Origin: Solirubrobacterales bacterium
Lineage (GTDB): Bacteria; Actinomycetota; Thermoleophilia; Solirubrobacterales; 70-9
Direction: 5' to 3'
NCBI GenBank assembly: GCA_036265435.1
Contig: DATAPB010000184.1
Span: 1 to 44,981, forward strand
DNA: 44,981 bases
Shown: positions 8,888 to 17,352 of the stretch, piece after piece
Numbering within the stretch: the first letter of the stretch is position 1
Layout: the number at the start of each line of letters is the position of its first letter
Made by a program: the position numbers and the translations under genes
The notes under the pieces: generated by a model
Told to the model about the DNA's origin: nothing
The model's input: the letters and a program-made list of their open reading frames with translations, nothing else
Database searches by the model: none

Positions 8888-10277
8888 GGTGAGCTCAGAT
8901 CCATCAGTTCGCGTCCGCTTCGCCCCGTCCCCCACGGGCGCCCTGCACATCGGGGGAGCGAGGACGGCACTGTACAACTGGCTCTACGCGCGAGGACGTG
9001 GGGGAGAGATGCTGCTGCGGATCGAGGACACCGACCGCGAGCGCTCCACTCCTGAGAACGTCGAGCAGATCCTCGATGCCCTGCGCTGGCTCGAGCTCGA
9101 CTGGGACGAGGGGCCGATCAGCCAGTACGAGAGGGCCGAACGCCATCGCGAGGCGCTGGAGCGGTTGCTCGAGTCCGGGGCGGCATATCGGGACTCAGCC
9201 ACCAGCGAGGACGTCGCGGCCTGGAAGAAGGAGCACGACAATCGCGGCTACCGCGGCGAGGCCACCGACGACGCCGGCGCGGCGGTTCGCCTGCGTGTCC
9301 CGGACTCCGGGGACACGGTGGTCGACGACGAGATCCGCGGCGACGTTCGCTTCCCGAACGAATCACAGGACGACTTCGTGATCGCCCGCGGCGACGGGTC
9401 GGTCCTCTACAACTTCGCGGTCGCCGTCGACGACGCGGACATGGGGATCACTCACGTGGTCCGCGGCGACGACCACCTCTCCAACACCCCCAAGCAGCTG
9501 CTGGTGATGGAGGCGCTCGAGATATCGCCGCCGCGCTACGCGCATCTGCCGCTGCTGCACGGGCCGGACGGCAAGAAGCTCTCGAAGCGCCACGGCGCCG
9601 CCAGCGTGCAGGAGCTCCGCGACGCCGGCTATCTGCCCGCCGCCGTGCGGAACTATCTCGCACTGCTCGGCTGGGGCACCCAGGACGACACCACGATCCT
9701 CAGCACCGACGAGTTGATCGAGCGCTTCGACCTATCCGCCGTCGGCCGCTCGAGCGCGATCTTCGACGAGCAGAAGCTCCGCTGGCTGAACGGCCGCTAC
9801 ATGCGGGAGATGGACCTCGATGCGTACACCGAGGCGGTCGCGCGGCATGTCGGGCGGGAGCCGGACGAGCGTCTCGGAGCGGCGTGTGCGATCGCCCAGG
9901 AGAAGGCGCAGACCCTGAACGAGGTCTGGCCGCTGATCGGATTCCTCTTCCAGGAGCCCGAGACGGACGAGAAGGCATGGCGCAAGGTGATGAAGGACGG
10001 TGCGCTGCCGCTGCTGCAGGAGGCCCTGGACGCCCTGCGGGAGGCGGATTCCTTCGAGCCGGACGAGCTCGAAACCCGGCTCGGCCGGATCCTCGCTGAG
10101 CACGACGTGAAGCCAGGCAAGCTCTACCAGCCGATTCGGGTGGCGATCACGGGTACGTCGGTCTCGCCCGGGATCTTCGAATCGCTCGCCGTGCTGGGCA
10201 AGGATCGCTCGGTGGAGCGGATCGAGCGGGCCGTGGAGCGGCTTTCCACCGAGGCCGCTGACCGAAGCCGTTCGTGA
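8886..10277 (+). CDS. gltX: glutamate--tRNA ligase
   Basis: MVSSDPSVRVRFAPSPTGALHIGGARTALYNW (HIGH-type motif) and KLSKRHG (KMSKS-type motif). ATG 8886 is in frame with ORF 8793..10277. Confidence 0.93.
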   Translation: MVSSDPSVRVRFAPSPTGALHIGGARTALYNWLYARGRGGEMLLRIEDTDRERSTPENVEQILDALRWLELDWDEGPISQYERAERHREALERLLESGAAYRDSATSEDVAAWKKEHDNRGYRGEATDDAGAAVRLRVPDSGDTVVDDEIRGDVRFPNESQDDFVIARGDGSVLYNFAVAVDDADMGITHVVRGDDHLSNTPKQLLVMEALEISPPRYAHLPLLHGPDGKKLSKRHGAASVQELRDAGYLPAAVRNYLALLGWGTQDDTTILSTDELIERFDLSAVGRSSAIFDEQKLRWLNGRYMREMDLDAYTEAVARHVGREPDERLGAACAIAQEKAQTLNEVWPLIGFLFQEPETDEKAWRKVMKDGALPLLQEALDALREADSFEPDELETRLGRILAEHDVKPGKLYQPIRVAITGTSVSPGIFESLAVLGKDRSVERIERAVERLSTEAADRSRS

Positions 10278-10326
10278 ATCAACGTATGGGCTAAACAATT
10301 GGCCATTCGGTGCCGATGAGTACCGC

Positions 10327-11382
10327 ATGGCAACGACGGCGACCACAACTCGTGGCGCGCAGAACGGCACCCGTGGGGAGGGCCGGGGGCGCGTCCTCGC
10401 CGCCGCCTTCGATGAGGCCGAGCACCAGCCGGCCCTACAGGAGGGCCGCGACCAGGCGCTCGAGCTGGTGAATCGCGGGGCGCCGCCGCACGAAGTCGCC
10501 GGCGTGGTGGAGTCGGATGTGGGCCTCACCTGCGCGATCGTCCGCGCTGCCGGCCAGCTGCAGGGTGGCGGGCGGATCCGCAGCGTCGCCGACGGGATCG
10601 AGCGGCTGGGTCCCGGTGCCGTCGAGGCGATCCTGCGCTCAGCTCCCGCCTACGACATCTTCAACGGGGACGGCCGCCTCGCGCTCGCCCCGGACCGGTT
10701 CCGCCTCCACGCCCTTGACGTGCAGCGGGCCGCCGACCGGATCGCCGAGCTCAGCGGCATCGGCGACCGCGACGAGGTGGCCCTCGCCGCAATCCTCCAC
10801 GACATCGGCCGGCCGGTGCTGGCGCGACTGCATCCGGGCTACGCCGAGCGATTCGATCGCCGGAGTGCGACGCCCGACGAGCGGATCGCCCGGGAGCGCC
10901 GCGAGCTCGGCATCGACCACGCGCTGGTCGGCGGCGTTCTCACGCGCCGCTGGGGCGTTCACGCTCGCGTCGCCGAGACGATCGAGCGCCATCACACCGA
11001 CCAGGCCGAGGGAGTCGCGGCGGTGCTCCGCTTCGCTGACATGGTGGCCGCCCACCTCGAGGACTGCCCGGTCTCGACACAGGACCTGATCGACTCGGCC
11101 GAGCATTGCGGCCTCGACGAGCACGCCGTGCGGATGGTCCTCTACGAGCTCCCCCAGGGCAAGGGCACTCGCCGCCGTGCGACCGGCCCGTGCCCGCTGT
11201 CATCGCGCGAGCTGGACGTGCTCCGGCGCCTCGCGGAGGGCAAGGTCTACAAGCAGATCGCCGCGGAGCTCGATCTCTCCGCGAGCACCGTCCGCAGCCA
11301 CCTGCACAACGTGTACGGAAAGCTCGGCGCTCTGGATCGCGCTCAGGCGGTTCTCATGGCGACCGAGCAGGGCTGGATCTAA
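10327..11382 (+). CDS. HDOD-like domain protein fused to a LuxR-type HTH
   Basis: The central region resembles HDOD/HD (AAILHDIGRPVL, IDHALVGGVL, ERHH). The C-terminus is a LuxR/FixJ HTH (LSSRELDVLRRLAEGKVYKQIAAELDLSASTVRSHLHNVYGKLG). Confidence 0.75.
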   Translation: MATTATTTRGAQNGTRGEGRGRVLAAAFDEAEHQPALQEGRDQALELVNRGAPPHEVAGVVESDVGLTCAIVRAAGQLQGGGRIRSVADGIERLGPGAVEAILRSAPAYDIFNGDGRLALAPDRFRLHALDVQRAADRIAELSGIGDRDEVALAAILHDIGRPVLARLHPGYAERFDRRSATPDERIARERRELGIDHALVGGVLTRRWGVHARVAETIERHHTDQAEGVAAVLRFADMVAAHLEDCPVSTQDLIDSAEHCGLDEHAVRMVLYELPQGKGTRRRATGPCPLSSRELDVLRRLAEGKVYKQIAAELDLSASTVRSHLHNVYGKLGALDRAQAVLMATEQGWI

Positions 11383-11779
11383 GAGTTCCTCCTCCAGCGT
11401 CGACTCGCCCTCGATCTCCACGGGCGGGCCGACGTGCCCGGATCAGCAGCGCCGCGATCGCGATTCCGATCGAGTCGATGGCGACGTCGACGGGCGTGCC
11501 GGTCCTGCCGCTGACGAAGGTCTGGTGAAACTCGTCCGTGCACGCGTAGACGAAGGCGATGCCGACCGCAATCAGCAGCGGCCTTCCGGCCACCCCGCGA
11601 AGCGCCCACCACCACAGGGTGGTGAGCAGCGCGTAGCCGCTTAGGTGACCGAGCTTGCGGATGATGACGTCCCACCACGGGTGCTCGCCGGTCGAGGACT
11701 GCGCCGAGAGGTAGAAGATCACGCCCATCAGCAGGAGCGGCGCGATCGAGCGCAACAGGGCTCGGTTGGGTCGATTCAT
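11354..11779 (-). CDS. VanZ family membrane protein
   Basis: 141 aa with multiple TM segments. HLSGYALLT and YACTDEFHQTFVSGRTGTPVDVAIDSIG are typical VanZ-like motifs. The 3' end overlaps the convergent LuxR-type gene by 29 nt. Confidence 0.75.
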   Translation of the reverse strand: MNRPNRALLRSIAPLLLMGVIFYLSAQSSTGEHPWWDVIIRKLGHLSGYALLTTLWWWALRGVAGRPLLIAVGIAFVYACTDEFHQTFVSGRTGTPVDVAIDSIGIAIAALLIRARRPARGDRGRVDAGGGTLRSSPARSP

Positions 11780-11812
11780 CGCCGAGCCGCCCGGCCCGGT
11801 AAAAGGGTTGTC

Positions 11813-12211
11813 GTGATCTCGGTCACCTCGAAGTCACGTTACGCGGTGGTGGCGCTGGCCGAGCTGGCGCGCGCCGGCGACAACCCGATGCCGATCGGGC
11901 AGGTCGCCGAGCGCCGCGGCATCCCGGTGCAGTTCCTCGAGCAGCTCTTCTCGACGCTGCGGCGCGCCGGCATCCTGATCAGCCACCGTGGCGCCAAGGG
12001 CGGTTACACGCTCGCCCATCCCGCGGACCAGATCAACGTGCTCGAGGTGGTGCAGGCGCTCGACGGCGTGGTCGGCCAGGAGGCAAAGGAGGCCGGCGGC
12101 ATCTGGGAGGAAGGCGTGGAGGCGCTGCGCACCACCTTCCGCTCGACCACGATCGCCGACATCGCCCGCCGGGAGGCCGAGGAGGCCGGCGCGGGGATGT
12201 ATCACATCTAG
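11813..12211 (+). CDS. Rrf2 family transcriptional regulator
   Basis: GTG 11813 follows AAAAGGG. The protein starts VISVTSKSRYAVVALAELAR and contains PIGQVAERRGIPVQFLEQLFSTLRRAGILISHRGAKGGYTLA. The upstream part of ORF 11645..12211 is antisense to the VanZ gene. Confidence 0.85.
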   Translation: MISVTSKSRYAVVALAELARAGDNPMPIGQVAERRGIPVQFLEQLFSTLRRAGILISHRGAKGGYTLAHPADQINVLEVVQALDGVVGQEAKEAGGIWEEGVEALRTTFRSTTIADIARREAEEAGAGMYHI

Positions 12212-12225
12212 AAGGCGTCGCACTG

Positions 12226-12245
12226 CCATGCGGAAAAACGCATGG
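12226..12245 (+). terminator. perfect 7-bp stem hairpin CCATGCG-GAAAAA-CGCATGG after the Rrf2 gene
   Basis: Read directly from the sequence, 15 nt after the Rrf2 stop codon. It has no U-tract, so its terminator function is uncertain. Confidence 0.35.
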
Positions 12246-12260
12246 GCAAGCCAAATCCGT

Positions 12261-12290
12261 CCGGTTAGACCCGGTTATCCCCGGTTGTTG
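12261..12290. repeat. three direct CCGGTT(A/G) repeats phased at exactly 10 bp
   Basis: The three units are ccggttagac, ccggttatcc and ccggttgttg. They lie in the convergent intergenic region between the Rrf2 and NTF2-like genes. Confidence 0.7.
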
Positions 12291-12342
12291 GGTGTCTGAC
12301 TGCGCGTAGAGGGTGGCTCCAAAGGCTTGAGCCCGGACGAAC

Positions 12343-12377
12343 TCGCCTACTCTGATACCCCGGCAGCTTCGAGGGCT
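12343..12377. repeat. 35-bp direct repeat, copy A (spans the stop codon of the NTF2-like gene)
   Basis: tcgcctactc-tgatac-cccggc-a-gcttcgagggct matches copy B at 12745..12779 at 29 of 35 positions. The offset is exactly 402 bp. Confidence 0.75.
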
Positions 12378-12745
12378 TCGGACTCGGTCGTACAGTTGCG
12401 CCACCAGACGCATTTCCCGTCGCGCCACCTCTGCGGCATCCAGAAGGGATCGATGAGTGGCGTTGTGCTTTCAGCACCATGACCCCAACCCCGGATGTGG
12501 GCGAGCGTGACGTCGGCAGCGAGATCACGCAACTCCTCGACCTCGATCTCGTAGTCGGGAAAGACGCCTAGGAAGTTGTCCCACCACCGGCGCAGTCCCT
12601 CGTGTCCGGTGTAGGCGCCCTCCATCGCAACCAAGCGCGACTCGACCTGAATCTCCTCGTGTGTGAGCGCCACAAAGGCCTCCCAGTCGCGTTGGTTGAA
12701 CGCGTGGGCCATTGCCAGTGTCCTGTGGACGTTCTCCTCCGACAT
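12347..12745 (-). CDS. SnoaL/NTF2-like domain protein
   Basis: 132 aa. The pattern NVHRTLAMAHAFNQRDWEAFVALTHEEI...GHEGLRRWWDNF is typical of NTF2-fold proteins. GC3 is visibly lower than in neighbouring genes. Confidence 0.7.
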   Translation of the reverse strand: MSEENVHRTLAMAHAFNQRDWEAFVALTHEEIQVESRLVAMEGAYTGHEGLRRWWDNFLGVFPDYEIEVEELRDLAADVTLAHIRGWGHGAESTTPLIDPFWMPQRWRDGKCVWWRNCTTESEALEAAGVSE

Positions 12746-12779
12746 CGCCTACTCGCCAAGCCCGGCGGCTTCGAGGGCT
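12745..12779. repeat. 35-bp direct repeat, copy B (immediately upstream of the NTF2-like gene start)
   Basis: tcgcctactc-gccaag-cccggc-g-gcttcgagggct. On the minus strand it would encode ALEAAGLGE-stop, mirroring the NTF2-like protein C-terminus ALEAAGVSE-stop. Confidence 0.75.
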
Positions 12780-12826
12780 CTTCCCACGCTCAGAAGACCG
12801 CCAAGACCCTCAGCCAGGTGACAGCT

Positions 12827-13099
12827 CTACGGGGTGATGAACTCCAAACACCCCGCCAGCGGCTGGTCGAGCCGGGACCACTCGCTCTGGAAGAATCCGG
12901 GCGGGTGCACCCCTTCGGACTGTGCCTCCGCGATGAAACCGTGCGCAATCGCGGCACGGTCTCCGGGTTGACTAGCGAGGCTCGCACCCACCTCTCCGGC
13001 ACAGCTGGCGTTCGGATTTGCCGTCGCCGCCGATGCCGAGGCACTCACCCCGAGCACCAGCGCCAGCGTTGCAACAAGGACGAGCAACGATCGCTTCAT
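12827..13099 (-). CDS. small secreted hypothetical protein (90 aa)
   Basis: Clear signal peptide MKRSLLVLVATLALVLGVSASASA. The RBS GAGGGAGGA lies upstream of the ATG. The mature part contains two Cys. Confidence 0.65.
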   Translation of the reverse strand: MKRSLLVLVATLALVLGVSASASAATANPNASCAGEVGASLASQPGDRAAIAHGFIAEAQSEGVHPPGFFQSEWSRLDQPLAGCLEFITP

Positions 13100-13266
13100 G
13101 GCGGTCCTCCCTCAGAGGAATTGGTCAATCCAGGCTACGCCCGCGATCCAGCGGCCTCAAGGGCGTTTCGGGGAAGGGAGGTCGCAAGCCTGCGGCTGAC
13201 GCCCGCAAGACCGCCGATTGGCTGTGTGTCAAGAAGACTCCCCCCGACGGGAACGGGGACACCGCA

Positions 13267-14079
13267 TCAGAGCGGGTGGCCCTCCGAGTCGCACAGCTGC
13301 GGGGCGCCCACCTGCTCCGACTCGACGATCACCAGCTGACGCTCCATCTCGTCCGGCTTGATGCTTCCGCTGCGGTTCTCGTACGGATGATCGAGGAACC
13401 AGATCAGCAGCAATCCAGCGACGACGAGCGCCGCGATCGCTCCCATCAGGGTCCCCTGGACTATGAAACCTTCGCGCCGGTCCGCGAAGAAGAGAGCGAA
13501 CCCGACCGTCACGATCGCCCCGAGGCCGAGGATGAACCAGACCGGCGCCGGCAATGCGCGGTTGGCCTCGCTGAGCCGCGCACGGCGGGCGTCGGTGCGC
13601 TTGTCCTCCTGCTCGAGCAGCTGCAGGAATGCGGCCTCCTGGGCGGGCCCGGCCGGCTGGACGTGGCGGAGTCCGTCCTCCAGGCGAGTCACCCAGCCCT
13701 GAACCACCGGGCTTCGGTCTCCGTGCTTCATCGCCGACCACTCATCGTGCACCACAGCGCGCCCGTAACAGATCAGCGTTCCCTGGAGGGGATTTCGCTC
13801 TGCCGGAGGGAAGAACGCCGCCGTCCGCGAGAGCTGGACCACGGCGATCGCGTCCTCCTCGGCGCCCGTCTTCGCGTCGTTGAAGCTTTCGAACGCCTCG
13901 AGGACGACGAACGCGAGCAGCACCGCGAAGGCCGTGCCGAGAAAGGTGAAGATCCCTGCTCCGCGCTCCACCTCAACGAAGAAGTGATCGACCCTCGACC
14001 GGCGTCTGACCAGGTACATCAGCCCGACCGCGATGCTCGCGGCGGTCGCCACGGTCAGGGCCATCAGCCACAGGTTCAC
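13267..14079 (-). CDS. membrane protein, DUF4239-like
   Basis: 270 aa with N-terminal and C-terminal TM pairs flanking a soluble region, and high GC3. The DUF4239 assignment is from memory of that architecture only. Confidence 0.6.
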   Translation of the reverse strand: MNLWLMALTVATAASIAVGLMYLVRRRSRVDHFFVEVERGAGIFTFLGTAFAVLLAFVVLEAFESFNDAKTGAEEDAIAVVQLSRTAAFFPPAERNPLQGTLICYGRAVVHDEWSAMKHGDRSPVVQGWVTRLEDGLRHVQPAGPAQEAAFLQLLEQEDKRTDARRARLSEANRALPAPVWFILGLGAIVTVGFALFFADRREGFIVQGTLMGAIAALVVAGLLLIWFLDHPYENRSGSIKPDEMERQLVIVESEQVGAPQLCDSEGHPL

Positions 14080-14448
14080 TCAGCCATCTCCCCGTAACCC
14101 CAGGGCCATCCTAGTCGTCTGACCGTCAGGGTTGGCGCGAGCGGCATGCCCGTCGCCGCATCGGATGGGACGTCACTCTCGCCCGTTGTTGGAGGCTGAT
14201 GCGCGATCGCGGCGGGTGAGCCCTCGCGTTGCGCGCGGCCAACCACGAAACCGGGCACGGGGCCGTCGACGATCGCGCTCGCGCCGCCGCTCCCGCGTCG
14301 GGATAGGCCACCAGTGCTGTAGACCCATGCGCTCCTTCGCCTCCACCAAGCGTTCCCTCGCCTGTAAAGAAGTGAGCGCCGCCGGACGTCGCAGGGGTAC
14401 GGGGTGCATTCGAGTGTGCGGCGACGGTTCTGGGGGTAGGAGCCTCTC

Positions 14449-14823
14449 GTGTCAACGATTGCCGTAATCGCCATTGTGATCGCCGTCGTCGTCGTCGTCG
14501 CCCTGTTGCTGGTGGGCGCCCGCCGCGCAGCCGAGAAGCGTCGCCGCGAGCGCGAGCTCGAGCGCGAACGCCTTCGCAGCGAGGCGGCCGGACATCAACA
14601 GGAGGCCGAGGCCCACGCCGTGACGGCGACGGAGAAACAGGACGAAGCGGATCGCCAACGTGAAGCCGCGACCGAGCACGCTGCGGTCGCCGAAAGGCAC
14701 GCCAAGGAGGCGGAGGCGAGCAAGCGGCGCGCCGTCGAGGCCGAGGAACGTGCCGAACGCGAACAGCGTGCCTCCGAGTTCCACGGCGAGCGCGCCGCCG
14801 AGCGCGAACGCGAACTCGACTGA
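14449..14823 (+). CDS. membrane-anchored, highly charged coiled-coil protein (124 aa)
   Basis: GTG start follows GGTAGGAG. The N-terminal TM segment is IAVIAIVIAVVVVVALLLVG. It is followed by E/R/A-rich repeats (AERHAKEAEASKRRAVEAEERAERE). Confidence 0.65.
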   Translation: MSTIAVIAIVIAVVVVVALLLVGARRAAEKRRRERELERERLRSEAAGHQQEAEAHAVTATEKQDEADRQREAATEHAAVAERHAKEAEASKRRAVEAEERAEREQRASEFHGERAAERERELD

Positions 14824-14854
14824 TCTTCCCTGGATGACGTCGAGGGGATAGAGG

Positions 14855-15361
14855 TTGCCCGTGGCGGACCAAGTGAGTGAGAACCGCGGCGAAGACGAGG
14901 ACCACCAGGAACGCGTCAACCGCGAGCTGATCGAGCTCCTCAACGAGCTGCGGGTCGCCCTCCCCGGAGTACAGGTGCTGTTCGCCTTCCTGCTCGCGGT
15001 CCCGTTCGCGCAGGGCTTCACGCACACGACGGACTTTCAGCGGGCACTCTTCTTCGCGGTGATGGGCCTCACGGCGATCTCGCTGGCGCTGCTCGTGGCA
15101 CCGTCGGCCTGGCACAGGATCCGTTTCCGCCAGGCGGACAAGGAGAGGATCCTGCGCGCCTCGAACACGATGTCGATAGCGGGACTCGGCTTCCTAGGCG
15201 TGGCCATGACAGGGGCCGTGATGCTGATCGCCGACTTCATCTACAGCCCGACCCTGACGATCGTGAGCGGAGCGCTGGCGTTCGTCGTCTACGGGCTCCT
15301 CTGGTACGTCCTGCCGGTGCTTGGCGCGAGAGGGCCGCGGCCGGACGAGGCTCAGGGATAG
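14855..15361 (+). CDS. DUF6328-like membrane protein
   Basis: The motif NRELIELLNELRVALPGVQVLFAFLLAVPF is followed by further TM segments. The start is uncertain (TTG 14855 or GTG 14861). Confidence 0.7.
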   Translation: MPVADQVSENRGEDEDHQERVNRELIELLNELRVALPGVQVLFAFLLAVPFAQGFTHTTDFQRALFFAVMGLTAISLALLVAPSAWHRIRFRQADKERILRASNTMSIAGLGFLGVAMTGAVMLIADFIYSPTLTIVSGALAFVVYGLLWYVLPVLGARGPRPDEAQG

Positions 15362-15614
15362 CCACCCACCAATCTCAGCCTCCGGGCTTCCCCGGTGGAA
15401 TTGCCGCTCGGTGGTGCAAGCAGAACCGGAAGTGGCCCGGGGAGGAAGTGGACCGCCCTCGGACAGCATCCCTTGCCGCCGGGGGCGGAGGCGGCTCCGA
15501 CGCCGCGGATCCCTGCCCGGCTCCGCGTCAGCGGCGCACACCCGTTCCGCTTCTACCCCCGGAGGAGGGGCGGGAAACCCCGGAAACCTGACCCGATTAC
15601 GCTAGTTTTCTCGA

Positions 15615-16571
15615 ATGGCCGGGTCGAACGGGACTGCAACCACACTGCGCGTCGGCGCGGAGAGCTCCGCCGTGGTGGGCAACACGCCGCTCGTCGCGCT
15701 GCCGCGTCTCGGCGCTGACCTCCCCGGCGAGGTCGTCGCCAAGCTCGAGTTCTTCAATCCCGGCGGCTCCGTGAAGGACCGCATCGGGGTCGCCATGATC
15801 GACGCGGCCGAGCGCGACGGCCTGATCGAGCGAGGCCGCTCGGTGATCGTCGAGCCGACCAGCGGCAACACGGGCATCGCGCTGGCCCTGGTCGCAGCCG
15901 CTCGCGACTACCGGCTGATCCTGACGCTGCCCGAGGGCATGAGTCGCGAGCGGACAGCGCTGCTCCGCACGTACGGGGCAGAGGTCCACGAGACGCCGTC
16001 GCTCGGCGGGATGAACGAGGCAGTGGACCTCGCCAATCGGCTGGCCGAGGAGCACGCCGGCTTCATCCCGCAGCAATTCTCCAACCCGGCCAACCCTGAG
16101 ATCCACCGCCGCACGACGGCTGAGGAGATCTGGCGGGACCTCGACGGCGAGGTCGACGCATTCGTCGCCGGGGTGGGCACCGGGGGCACGATCACCGGCG
16201 TCGCGCAGGTCCTCAAGGAGCGTCGGCCCGGGATCCAGGTGATCGCGGTAGAGCCGTCTGCCTCCGCCGTCCTCTCCGGGAATCAGCCCGGCCCACACAA
16301 GATCCAGGGGATCGGCGCCGGGTTCGTGCCCGAGGTGCTCGACCGCGAGTTGATCGACGAGATCGTCGGCGTGACCGACGAGGACGCGCTCGACACGGCC
16401 CGGGCCGCGGCGCAGCGCGAGGGACTCCTGATCGGCATCTCGGCCGGGGCGGCGGTTCGCGCCGCGCTGGATCTGGCCGCTCGCGAGGAGATGGCTGGCA
16501 AGCGGATCGTGGTGATCATCCCGGACTCGGGCGAGCGCTACATGTCGCTGCCGTTTTTCGCCCCGTCCTGA
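15615..16571 (+). CDS. cysK: cysteine synthase A (O-acetylserine sulfhydrylase)
   Basis: [22 protein letters not shown] (PLP lysine motif), [12 protein letters not shown] and [10 protein letters not shown]. Confidence 0.93.
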   Translation: MAGSNGTATTLRVGAESSAVVGNTPLVALPRLGADLPGEVVAKLEFFNPGGSVKDRIGVAMIDAAERDGLIERGRSVIVEPTSGNTGIALALVAAARDYRLILTLPEGMSRERTALLRTYGAEVHETPSLGGMNEAVDLANRLAEEHAGFIPQQFSNPANPEIHRRTTAEEIWRDLDGEVDAFVAGVGTGGTITGVAQVLKERRPGIQVIAVEPSASAVLSGNQPGPHKIQGIGAGFVPEVLDRELIDEIVGVTDEDALDTARAAAQREGLLIGISAGAAVRAALDLAAREEMAGKRIVVIIPDSGERYMSLPFFAPS

Positions 16572-16598
16572 GCGCCGCTCGTCCCTAAGCTTCGAGAC

Positions 16599-17336
16599 GT
16601 GCTTGGTCTGGGCACGCTCAGGCGCGTGACGAAGGAGATCTCGGCGGACGTCGCTTCCGCCCGCGAGCGCGACCCCGCGGCGCGCGGCATCGGCACGTTC
16701 GAGATCCTCACCGGCTGGGCCGGAGTGCAGGCGCTGCTCGCCCACCGGTTCGCACATGCGCTCTGGGAAGCCGAGATCCCGATGGTGCCGCGTGCGATCG
16801 CGTACACGAGTCGCGCGGTGACCGGGGTCGAGATCCATCCGGCGGCGAGGATCGGCTCCGACTTCTTCATCGACCACGGCTCTGGCGTCGTCATCGGGGA
16901 GACCGCCGAAATCGGCGACCGGGTGACGCTCTACCAGGGCGTCACCCTCGGTGGCACCGGGTTCGCTCGCGGCAAGCGCCACCCGACGCTCGAGGACGAC
17001 GTCACGGTCGGCTCGGGAGCCAAGCTGCTCGGCCCGGTCACAGTCGGCCAAAACGCCAAGGTCGGCGCGAACACGGTCGTGATCGAGGACGTTCCCGATC
17101 ACACCACGGTGGTCGGCAACCCGGGGCACCCCGTCCGCGTCGAGGGCAAGAAGGTCGAGGGCCCTGACACGGACTGGATCCATCTCCCGGACCCGATCGC
17201 CGAGGCGATGAAGGAGCTCTCCACGCGCATCTCCCAATTGGAGCAGCGGCTCGACCGCCTCAACGGCGAGGAGCCTCGCGAGGCAGACGTCGCCGAGCTG
17301 AGGCCGAAGCAGGGACCGAGCTCGGCGGGCGGTTAG
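16599..17336 (+). CDS. cysE: serine O-acetyltransferase
   Basis: ERDPAARG, HRFAHALW, and hexapeptide repeats IHPAARIGSDFFIDHGSGVVIGETAEIGDRVTLYQGVTLGG. The gene is adjacent to cysK. Confidence 0.9.
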   Translation: MLGLGTLRRVTKEISADVASARERDPAARGIGTFEILTGWAGVQALLAHRFAHALWEAEIPMVPRAIAYTSRAVTGVEIHPAARIGSDFFIDHGSGVVIGETAEIGDRVTLYQGVTLGGTGFARGKRHPTLEDDVTVGSGAKLLGPVTVGQNAKVGANTVVIEDVPDHTTVVGNPGHPVRVEGKKVEGPDTDWIHLPDPIAEAMKELSTRISQLEQRLDRLNGEEPREADVAELRPKQGPSSAGG

Positions 17337-17352
17337 CTCCTCCAGCGGCCCC

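Noticed and set aside
12212-12299. Small ORF MRKNAWASQIRPVRPGYPRLLGV across the hairpin and CCGGTT repeat region.
   Set aside because: It has low GC3, no RBS, and its sequence is dictated by the repeats. It is more likely non-coding.
15362-15614. The 250-bp region upstream of cysK, considered as a possible riboswitch or leader (SAM or other sulfur-responsive).
   Set aside because: I could not recognise any known riboswitch core motif or a convincing terminator/antiterminator pair by eye. A TACGCT -10-like hexamer 11 nt before the ATG is too weak to call.
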